Of a DNA stretch of 64,000 bases, positions 56,290 through 64,000 are shown piece by piece. The first letter of the stretch is position 1. The number at the start of each line of letters is the position of its first letter. Origin of the DNA: an uncultured Actinomycetota bacterium (GTDB lineage: Bacteria; Actinomycetota; Actinomycetes; Mycobacteriales; Mycobacteriaceae); assembly GCA_963703795.1 (NCBI GenBank), contig CAVPFT010000063.1, positions 116,047 to 180,046 on the forward strand, given 5' to 3'. Under the pieces are notes generated by a model. It was not told the origin of the DNA. It saw nothing but the letters and a program-made list of their open reading frames with translations, and searched no databases. The position numbers and the translations under genes are program-made.

Positions 56290-58930
56290 CCAGGCCGAGC
56301 TCGTTGCCGGCGGCAAGCATCGGATGGTGCGGCAGCACGCGCACCGTGTATCCAACCGCCCCGGCCAGCGGCAGCGGCAACGTGGTCGAAAAAACCTGGT
56401 TGCCCGCTTCGGCGGTGCCGGTATAGGACATCTCGACGGTGGTCGGGTCCAGCAGTGCGTCACCGGCGTCAACCCTGCCCACCAGCGCCTGGACCGTGAC
56501 CTCGTCGGGACCCAGCCCGGCCAGTTGCACGGTCGCGGTCAGCGTCAACTTCGAGCCGAGCACCGGAGTATCCGGCAGGCCGGTGCTGTCGACGTCGGTG
56601 ATATCGATCTTGGGCCATGCTTCCTCGGCGCGCCTGCGGTAGGCGGCCAGCTCGCGGGCAGCGCCGAACTCGGCGCCGCTTGCCTCATCCTCGGCACCCT
56701 CGGACGCGGCGATGGTCCTGCGCAGCGACTCTGCCGCCGGCATGTAGTACTGCTCGACATAGTCGCGAACCATGCGGGAGGCCAGCACTTTTGGGCCGAG
56801 GGTCTGCAAGGTGTGGCGCACCATTTGGATCCACCGGGGCGGCACGCCGTGTTCGTCGCGCTCGTAGAACTTGGGCGCGACCGCCTGTTCCAGCAGGTTG
56901 TAGAGCGCGGTGGACTCCAGGTCGTCGCGCCGGGCTTCGTCGATCACGCCGTCGGCCGACGGTATCTCCCAACCGTTTTCGCCGTCGTACCATTCGTCCC
57001 ACCAGCCGTCGCGGATGGACAGGTTCAGCCCGCCGTTGAGCACGCTCTTCATTCCCGAAGTGCCGCAGGCCTCCAGGGGCCGCAGCGGGTTGTTCAGCCA
57101 GACGTCGCAGCCCCAATACAGCAGCCGGGCCATCGACATGTCGTAGTCGGGCAGGAAGGCGATGCGGTGGCGCACCTCCGGCCGGTCGGCAAAACGGACC
57201 ACCTGCTGAATCAGCGCTTTGCCTCCATCGTCGGCCGGGTGTGATTTCCCGGCCACGACCAGCTGGATCGGCCTTTCCTTGTTGAGCAGCAGCCGTTCGA
57301 GTCGGCTCGGGTCACGCAGCATCAGTGTCAGCCGCTTGTACGTAGGCACCCGCCGGGCAAACCCGATGGTTAGCACGTTCGGATCGAATGCCGTTGATAT
57401 CCAACCCAGTTCGGCGTCCGGCGTACCGCGTTCCAGCCACGAGCGGCGCAGCCGCGTCCGGACGTCCTCGACCAGCAGCGTCCGCAGTTGCGACCGGATC
57501 CACCACAGGTGACCGGGGTCGACCTCTTGCAGTCGCAACCAGACGCCGGGGTCGCTGAACGAGTCCGATCCGGCCAGCTCGCGGCCCAGCTGCAACCACT
57601 GCGGCGCCGCCCAGGTACGCGCGTGGACTCCGTTGGTGATGGACCCGATCGGCACCTCGCCCGGGTCGAATCCGGGCCACAGTTCGTTGAACATGGCCCG
57701 GCTCACCCGGCCGTGCAGCAACGAGACACCGTTGGCTCGTTGCGCCAGCCGGAGACCCATGTGGGCCATGTTGAACTTGGCCGGATCGTCCTCGGCGCCG
57801 AGCGCGATGATCCGGGCGGTCGGCAGGCCCGGCAGCAAGGTGGGCACATCCTTGCCGGCCCGATCCTCGTCGGGGTCGCCGTATTGGTGGTCGTCGAAGT
57901 AGAGCCGAACCATGTCGACCGGGAACCGGTCGATGCCGGCGGCCACCGGGGTGTGGGTAGTGAACACGGTGGCCGACCGCACCACCGTCAACGCGGTGTC
58001 GAAGTCCAATCCCGAATCGGTGATCAGCTCGCGAATGCGTTCCAACCCGAGGAACCCGGCGTGCCCCTCGTTCATGTGGAACACCTCGGGCGCGGGCAAC
58101 CCTTCGATCGCGGTGAACGCGCGGATCGCCCGCACCCCGCCGATGCCGGCCAAGATCTCTTGCCTCATCCGGTGTTCCTGATCGCCGCCGTACAGGCGAT
58201 CGGTGACACTGCGCAGCTCGTGCTCGTTTTCGGGGACGTCGGAGTCCAGCAAGAGCAGCGGAACACGACCCACCTGCGCGACCCAGATCCGGGCCCGCAG
58301 CTGCACGGAGTCGGGAAGAGTCAGCTCGACGAGCACCGGATCCCCGGTGGCATCGGTGAGCAGCCGCAACGGCAGCCCCTGCGGGTCCAGCGCCGGGTAG
58401 GTTTCGTTCTGCCAGCCGTCCGCGCTCAGCGACTGCCGGAAGTACCCGGAACGGTAGTAGAGGCCCACCGCGACCAGCGGAACGCCCAGATCGGACGCGG
58501 ACTTCAGGTGGTCACCGGCGAGAATGCCCAAGCCACCGGAGTAATTGGGGAGCACCTCGGCGACGCCGAATTCCATCGAGAAGTACGCGATCGCGGTGGG
58601 CATCGCTTGGCCATTCTCCAGGCCCGCGCGCTGACGCTGCTGATACCAGAGCGGACGGCTCAGGTAATCGTCCAGGTCGGCCGCCAGTTCATCGAGCCGG
58701 TCGAGGAAGCCTTCGTCGAGCGCCAGCTCGTCGAGCCGTACCGGGTTTACCGCGCCGAGCAGCTCCACCGGATCACAGCCGCAGCGGGCCCACAGCGTCG
58801 GGTCGATGGTCGCAAACAAGTCCTGCGTCGGCTTGTCCCACGACCACCGCAGGTTTGTCGACAGCTGGTCCAGCGCGGCGAGGCGCTCGGGCAGATGAGC
58901 ACGGACGGTAAAGCGGCGGAGAGCTTTCAC
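56276..58930 (-). CDS. glgP: Alpha-glucan phosphorylase
   Basis: [34 protein letters not shown]. Confidence 0.97.
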   Translation of the reverse strand: MKALRRFTVRAHLPERLAALDQLSTNLRWSWDKPTQDLFATIDPTLWARCGCDPVELLGAVNPVRLDELALDEGFLDRLDELAADLDDYLSRPLWYQQRQRAGLENGQAMPTAIAYFSMEFGVAEVLPNYSGGLGILAGDHLKSASDLGVPLVAVGLYYRSGYFRQSLSADGWQNETYPALDPQGLPLRLLTDATGDPVLVELTLPDSVQLRARIWVAQVGRVPLLLLDSDVPENEHELRSVTDRLYGGDQEHRMRQEILAGIGGVRAIRAFTAIEGLPAPEVFHMNEGHAGFLGLERIRELITDSGLDFDTALTVVRSATVFTTHTPVAAGIDRFPVDMVRLYFDDHQYGDPDEDRAGKDVPTLLPGLPTARIIALGAEDDPAKFNMAHMGLRLAQRANGVSLLHGRVSRAMFNELWPGFDPGEVPIGSITNGVHARTWAAPQWLQLGRELAGSDSFSDPGVWLRLQEVDPGHLWWIRSQLRTLLVEDVRTRLRRSWLERGTPDAELGWISTAFDPNVLTIGFARRVPTYKRLTLMLRDPSRLERLLLNKERPIQLVVAGKSHPADDGGKALIQQVVRFADRPEVRHRIAFLPDYDMSMARLLYWGCDVWLNNPLRPLEACGTSGMKSVLNGGLNLSIRDGWWDEWYDGENGWEIPSADGVIDEARRDDLESTALYNLLEQAVAPKFYERDEHGVPPRWIQMVRHTLQTLGPKVLASRMVRDYVEQYYMPAAESLRRTIAASEGAEDEASGAEFGAARELAAYRRRAEEAWPKIDITDVDSTGLPDTPVLGSKLTLTATVQLAGLGPDEVTVQALVGRVDAGDALLDPTTVEMSYTGTAEAGNQVFSTTLPLPLAGAVGYTVRVLPHHPMLAAGNELGLVTLA

Positions 58931-59149
58931 CGTAATTACCTTACTGAGGATTCCGGCGCTCGCAGGGCTGGCGACCGACCGCTTGGCTTCAGGGCGTGTG
59001 ACCGGACACTAGGGTGGGTATCGGGTAGTTATTACCGACGATGCTCCCCCACCAGACGAAGTCCCTCACGACAGGAAGTTTCCCGACGAGCGGCATTCCG
59101 CGACGGAGCACAGCGCGGTTTGGCCGCACCCAATCGGAACGGAGTGGTT

Positions 59150-61246
59150 GTGCCCGGTCGTGTCGAGATCGATGACGTCCAACCGGTCGTTTCCTGCGGC
59201 GCCTACCCGGCCAAGGCCGTGGTCGGTGAGATCGTCCCGGTCAGCGCCGCGGTGTGGCGAGAAGGCCACGAGGCTGTCGCCGCAACTTTGGTCGTGCGCT
59301 ACCTGGGGCCGCGCTATCCGCAGGTAACAGAAATCCGGCGGATCAAGGCGGTCGAGGCTCCCGAACGGCCCGTGTCCGAACTTGACGGCAGGGCCGCCGG
59401 GCCGCAGCGGGTCAAGCCACTGCTCCTTCCGATGACGATGGGTCAGGAGCCCTACGTTTTCCACGGTCAGTTCATCCCGGACCGGGTGGGGTTATGGACC
59501 TTTCGCATCGACGGCTGGGGTGACCCGATCCACTCCTGGCGGCACGCCGTGGTTGCCAAGCTGGACGCCGGCCAGGGCGAGACGGAGCTGTCCAACGATC
59601 TGCTGATCGGCGCCAAACTGTTTGAGCGTGCCGCGACAGGTGTGCCGCGGGCGGGACGCGAGCCCCTGCTGACGGCCGCGGCTGCGTTGCGCGCCCCCGG
59701 AGACCCGGTCACCCGGACCGCGCTCGCCCTGGCTCCCGAGATCGAAGAAATCCTGGCGGCGTATCCGTTGCGGGATCTGGTCACCCGGGGTGACCAGTTC
59801 GGGGTGTGGGTGGATCGGCCGCTGGCCCGCTTCGGCTCGTGGTACGAGATCTTTCCGCGCTCGACCGGCGGGCGGGACGCCGACGGCAAGCCGGTGCACG
59901 GCACCTTCGCGACGGCGGCCGCGCAGCTTCCGCGCATCGCAGAGATGGGATTCGACGTCGTCTACCTGCCGCCGATCCATCCGATCGGCAAGGTACACCG
60001 CAAGGGCCGCAACAACTCACCCTCCGCTGTCCGAGGAGATGTGGGATCTCCGTGGGCAATCGGTAGCGACGAGGGCGGCCACGACGCCGTTCACCCGGAT
60101 CTTGGCACTGTCGACGACTTCGACGACTTCGTCTCCGCAGCACGCGATCTCGGCATGGAGGTGGCCCTGGACCTGGCGCTGCAATGCGCACCGGACCATC
60201 CGTGGGCGCGCGAACATCGCACGTGGTTCACCGAACTGCCGGATGGAACCATCGCCTACGCGGAGAACCCGCCGAAGAAGTATCAGGACATCTATCCGCT
60301 CAACTTCGATAACGACCCCGCGGGCCTCTACGATGAGGTGCTGCGTGTGGTCCGGCACTGGATCGACCACGGCATCAAGTTCTTTCGGGTCGACAATCCG
60401 CACACCAAGCCGCCCGACTTTTGGGCCTGGCTGATCGCTCAGGTCAAAAACAGCGACCCCGACGTGCTCTTCCTGTCCGAGGCCTTCACGCCGCCCGCCC
60501 GCCAGTACGGCCTGGCCAAGCTTGGCTTCACGCAGTCCTACACCTACTTCACCTGGCGGACGGCCAAGTGGGAACTCACCGAATTCGGCAACGACATCGC
60601 CGCACTCGCCGACTTTCGCCGGCCCAACCTGTTCGTCAACACCCCCGACATCCTGCACGCGGTACTGCAGCATGACGGCCCCGGTATGTTCGCGATCCGC
60701 GCGGCGCTGGCGGCGACCATGAGTCCGGCCTGGGGCGTGTACTCGGGCTATGAGCTGTTCGAGCACCGCGCCGTGCGCGAGGGCAGCGAGGAGTACCTGG
60801 ATTCCGAGAAGTACGAATTACGTCCCCGCGACTTTGCGGGCGCGCTCGCCGAGGGCAGATCGCTCGAACCATTCATCAAACAGCTCAACGCAATTCGTCG
60901 CTTGCATCCCGCGCTGCAACAGTTGCGCACGATTCATTTCCACGGCGTGGACAACGACGCCTTGCTGGCTTACAGCAAGTTCGACCCGGCCACCGGCGAC
61001 TGCGTGTTGGTGGTGGTCACCCTCAACGCGTTCGGGCCCGAGGAAGCGATGCTGTGGTTAGACATGGCGGCATTGGGTATGGAGCCCTACGAGCGGTTTT
61101 GGGTGCGCGACGAGATAACCGGCCAGGAATACCAATGGGGGCAATCAAATTATGTTCGCATCGACCCCGGGCGCGCGGTCGCCCACATCATCAACATGCC
61201 ACTCATACCGTACGAATCCCGAAAGACGTTGCTGCGTAGGAGGTGA
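59150..61246 (+). CDS. glgE: Maltosyltransferase GlgE
   Basis: [40 protein letters not shown]; start about 59150. Confidence 0.97.
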   Translation: MPGRVEIDDVQPVVSCGAYPAKAVVGEIVPVSAAVWREGHEAVAATLVVRYLGPRYPQVTEIRRIKAVEAPERPVSELDGRAAGPQRVKPLLLPMTMGQEPYVFHGQFIPDRVGLWTFRIDGWGDPIHSWRHAVVAKLDAGQGETELSNDLLIGAKLFERAATGVPRAGREPLLTAAAALRAPGDPVTRTALALAPEIEEILAAYPLRDLVTRGDQFGVWVDRPLARFGSWYEIFPRSTGGRDADGKPVHGTFATAAAQLPRIAEMGFDVVYLPPIHPIGKVHRKGRNNSPSAVRGDVGSPWAIGSDEGGHDAVHPDLGTVDDFDDFVSAARDLGMEVALDLALQCAPDHPWAREHRTWFTELPDGTIAYAENPPKKYQDIYPLNFDNDPAGLYDEVLRVVRHWIDHGIKFFRVDNPHTKPPDFWAWLIAQVKNSDPDVLFLSEAFTPPARQYGLAKLGFTQSYTYFTWRTAKWELTEFGNDIAALADFRRPNLFVNTPDILHAVLQHDGPGMFAIRAALAATMSPAWGVYSGYELFEHRAVREGSEEYLDSEKYELRPRDFAGALAEGRSLEPFIKQLNAIRRLHPALQQLRTIHFHGVDNDALLAYSKFDPATGDCVLVVVTLNAFGPEEAMLWLDMAALGMEPYERFWVRDEITGQEYQWGQSNYVRIDPGRAVAHIINMPLIPYESRKTLLRRR

Positions 61247-61252
61247 CGGGCT

Positions 61253-63448
61253 ATGAGCCGAACCGACCAACTCGCTGGGACGCACCTCGCGCCCGACCCG
61301 ACCGACTTGGCGCGTCTGCTGGCCGGCGCGCACTTCAACCCGCACGCCATCCTGGGCGCCCACGAGTACGACGATCACACCGTCATCCGGGCATTCCGTC
61401 CACACGCGCGGGAAGTCGTCGCGCTCGTCGGTAAAGACCGGTACCCGTTGCAGCACGTCGAATCCGGCCTGTTCGCTGTGGCGCTGCCATTCGTCGACCT
61501 GATCGACTATCGGCTGCAGGTGACCTACGAGGGTTCCGCCCCGTACGTCGTCGCCGACGCCTACCGCTTCCTGCCCACCCTGGGCGAAGTCGACCTCCAC
61601 TTATTCGGCGAAGGCCGCCACGAGCGGCTCTGGGACGTCCTTGGCGCCCATCCCCGCTCGTTCACGACGGCCGACGGCGTCGTAACCGGGGTGTCGTTCG
61701 CCGTGTGGGCGCCCAACGCCAAAGGTGTCAGTTTGATCGGCGAGTTCAACGGCTGGACCGGCAACGACGCCCCCATGCGGGTGCTGGGCTCCTCGGGCGT
61801 CTGGGAGTTGTTCTGGCCCGCTTTTCCGCTGGACGGTCTGTACAAGTTCCGCGTGCACGGCGCCGACGGCGTTGTCACCGAGCGGGCCGACCCGTTCGCC
61901 TTCGCCACCGAAGTGCCGCCGCACACCGCATCGCGAGTGACGACCACCGAATACACCTGGGAGGACGCCGACTGGATGGATCAGCGCGCGCGGCGCAACC
62001 CGGTGTTCGAGCCGATGAGCACCTATGAGGTCCATCTGGGCTCATGGCGCCCCGGACTCGACTACCGCCAGCTCGCCCGCGAGCTAACGGATTATGTTGT
62101 AGAGCAAGGGTTTACCCATGTGGAGTTGCTGCCGGTCGCCGAGCACCCGTTCGCCGGGTCGTGGGGATACCAGGTCACGTCCTACTACGCGCCAACATCG
62201 CGGTTCGGCACACCCGACGATTTCCGGGCGCTGGTCGACGCCCTGCACCGGGCCGGTATCGGTGTCATCGTGGACTGGGTGCCGGCCCACTTTCCGAAGG
62301 ACGCATGGGCGCTGGGCCGGTTCGACGGCACCCCGCTCTACGAGCATTCGGACCCCAAGCGCGGGGAGCAACTCGACTGGGGCACTTATGTCTTCAACTT
62401 CGGCCGGGCCGAAGTGCGCAATTTCCTGGTGGCCAACGCGTTGTATTGGCTCGAACAGTTCCACATCGACGGCTTTCGGGTGGACGCGGTCGCGTCGATG
62501 CTGTACCTGGACTACTCGCGCCCCGAGGGCGGCTGGACCCCGAACATCTACGGCGGGCGGGAGAACCTGGAGGCGGTGCAATTCCTGCAGGAGATGAATG
62601 CCACGGCGCACAAGGCCGCGCCGGGCATCGTCACCATCGCCGAGGAGTCGACGTCATGGCCCGGGGTGACGCGGCCGACCAACCTTGGCGGCCTGGGCTT
62701 TTCGATGAAGTGGAACATGGGCTGGATGCACGACACGCTCGACTACATCAGCCGCGATCCGGTCTACCGCAATTACCACCACCATGAGATGACCTTCTCG
62801 ATGCTGTACGCGTTCAGCGAGAATTACGTGCTGCCGCTCAGCCACGACGAGGTGGTGCACGGCAAAGGCACACTGTGGGGGCGGATGCCCGGCAACAACC
62901 ACGTCAAAGCGGCCGGACTGCGCAGCCTGCTGGCCTATCAGTGGGCGCATCCGGGCAAGCAGCTTTTGTTCATGGGCCAGGAATTCGGCCAGCGCGCCGA
63001 GTGGTCCGAGCAGCACGGTTTGGATTGGTTCCAACTCGACGAGCACGGTTTCTCCAACGGGATTCTGCGTTTTGTGCGCGACCTCAACGACATCTACCGC
63101 GGCCATTCGGCGCTGTGGAGTCAAGACACCGTTCCCGAGGGCTATTCCTGGATCGATGCCAACGACTCCGCCAACAACGTCCTGAGCTTCCTGCGGTATG
63201 GCAAAGACGGCTCGGTAATGGCTTGTGTGTTCAATTTCGCGGGTTCCGAACACAGCGGCTATCGGCTGGGCCTGCCCATGCCGGGCCGCTGGCGCGAGGT
63301 GCTCAACACCGACGCGACGGTCTACAACGGCTCCGGAATCGGCAACCTCGGTGGCGTCGAGGCCACCGAGGACCCGTGGCACGGTCGTCCGGCATCGGCG
63401 GTGCTGGTGCTGCCGCCCACGTCGGCGTTGTGGTTGGAACCCGCGTAG
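61253..63448 (+). CDS. glgB: 1,4-alpha-glucan branching enzyme
   Basis: [46 protein letters not shown]. Confidence 0.98.
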   Translation: MSRTDQLAGTHLAPDPTDLARLLAGAHFNPHAILGAHEYDDHTVIRAFRPHAREVVALVGKDRYPLQHVESGLFAVALPFVDLIDYRLQVTYEGSAPYVVADAYRFLPTLGEVDLHLFGEGRHERLWDVLGAHPRSFTTADGVVTGVSFAVWAPNAKGVSLIGEFNGWTGNDAPMRVLGSSGVWELFWPAFPLDGLYKFRVHGADGVVTERADPFAFATEVPPHTASRVTTTEYTWEDADWMDQRARRNPVFEPMSTYEVHLGSWRPGLDYRQLARELTDYVVEQGFTHVELLPVAEHPFAGSWGYQVTSYYAPTSRFGTPDDFRALVDALHRAGIGVIVDWVPAHFPKDAWALGRFDGTPLYEHSDPKRGEQLDWGTYVFNFGRAEVRNFLVANALYWLEQFHIDGFRVDAVASMLYLDYSRPEGGWTPNIYGGRENLEAVQFLQEMNATAHKAAPGIVTIAEESTSWPGVTRPTNLGGLGFSMKWNMGWMHDTLDYISRDPVYRNYHHHEMTFSMLYAFSENYVLPLSHDEVVHGKGTLWGRMPGNNHVKAAGLRSLLAYQWAHPGKQLLFMGQEFGQRAEWSEQHGLDWFQLDEHGFSNGILRFVRDLNDIYRGHSALWSQDTVPEGYSWIDANDSANNVLSFLRYGKDGSVMACVFNFAGSEHSGYRLGLPMPGRWREVLNTDATVYNGSGIGNLGGVEATEDPWHGRPASAVLVLPPTSALWLEPA

Positions 63449-63462
63449 CGCGGTCCCAGACA

Positions 63463-63523
63463 CGCCGAGCGTCGACTTGTTGCGCGCGATCGCTCAGTTG
63501 GCCCAACAACTCGACGTTGGCCG
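63463..63523. repeat. REP-like imperfect palindrome between convergent genes
   Basis: CGCCGAGCGTCGACTTGTTG ... CAACAACTCGACGTTGGCCG. Confidence 0.65.
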
Positions 63524-63535
63524 ACGGATGTCCCC

Positions 63536-64000
63536 TCAGTAAAGCGCGTTGGCGAGGTTGCGCCGCCCGACGACGATGTCGGGGTCGGCGGGATCGAAGA
63601 GATCGAACAGCTCGATCAATCGAGTGCGCACCCGAGTCCGGTCATCTCCAGATGTGCTGCGCACCAACGTGATCAGGCGCTCGAACGCCGCGCTCACATC
63701 GTGGTTGAGGATTTGGACATCGGCGGCCGCGAGCGCGGCTTCAATGTCGGCCGGCGCCGCATCGGCGACCGCGACGGCGTCCGGGCGTTGTGCGGTTGCG
63801 CGAGTGAGGAAGTCGATCTGCCGGATCGCGCCCTTGGCTTCGGCGCTGCCCGGATTGGCGTCCAGGATCCCCTGATACGAGCTTCTGGCGGCCTCGAAGT
63901 CGCCGTCCTCGAGTTGTTGGCGCGCCGCGGCCAGCTCGGGATCGACTACCGCGCCTTCCTCGGAACTGTCTGATCCCCTTAGCTTTCCGGCTGTCGCCGA
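63536..64000 (-). CDS. C-terminal part of a thioredoxin/TPR co-chaperone (YbbN/CnoX-like, Rv1324 ortholog); 5' end outside the window
   Basis: My translation ends ...VRTRLIELFDLFDPADPDIVVGRRNLANALY*; synteny with glgB. Confidence 0.85.
   Translation of the reverse strand, partial: SATAGKLRGSDSSEEGAVVDPELAAARQQLEDGDFEAARSSYQGILDANPGSAEAKGAIRQIDFLTRATAQRPDAVAVADAAPADIEAALAAADVQILNHDVSAAFERLITLVRSTSGDDRTRVRTRLIELFDLFDPADPDIVVGRRNLANALY

Noticed and set aside
57488-59149. Apparent 550-aa N-terminal extension of GlgE (1252-aa ORF)
   Set aside because: It is the stop-free antisense frame of glgP in high-GC DNA; GlgE homology begins at about 59150.
450-63973. Many long antisense or alternative-frame ORFs (e.g. 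450..1871, 4610..5923, 16464..18104, 53914..55356)
   Set aside because: They are shadows of real genes caused by GC3 bias, or Arg/Pro/Gly-rich frames without recognisable motifs.

Overview
High-GC DNA from a slow-growing, non-tuberculous Mycobacterium. It is syntenic, in reverse orientation, with the M. tuberculosis Rv1324-Rv1353c interval. Right part (46.1-64 kb): conserved core genes lprD, Rv1342c-like, rdgB, rph, Rv1339-like, murI, rhomboid, Rv1333-like, aosR, clpS, pncB1, dinG, glgP, glgE, glgB and a Rv1324-like gene. Left part (0-30.6 kb): a large uncharacterised CoA-dependent catabolic cluster (BVMO, Rieske oxygenase, P450, five CoA ligases, five crotonases, paired ACADs, amidohydrolases, aldolase, thiolase-like protein) around a Rv1353c-like TetR. 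A shared 19-bp operator-like palindrome (TACTGTA-N5-TACAGTA) occurs in five of its promoter regions. Middle: a GntR/fabG2 operon with a mesaconyl-CoA-transferase-like gene, a cyclase-NB-ARC-LuxR regulator, an irtA-irtB deletion remnant, and tRNA-Leu(TAG) lying head-to-head with a free-standing HTH plus double-LAGLIDADG gene, which is the strongest candidate for an undescribed system. MIRU and REP-like palindromes are scattered through the window. Three CoA-ligase genes at 26-29.5 kb carry clustered frameshifts that may be sequencing errors. All orthology calls come from recognising sequences from memory, not from a database search.
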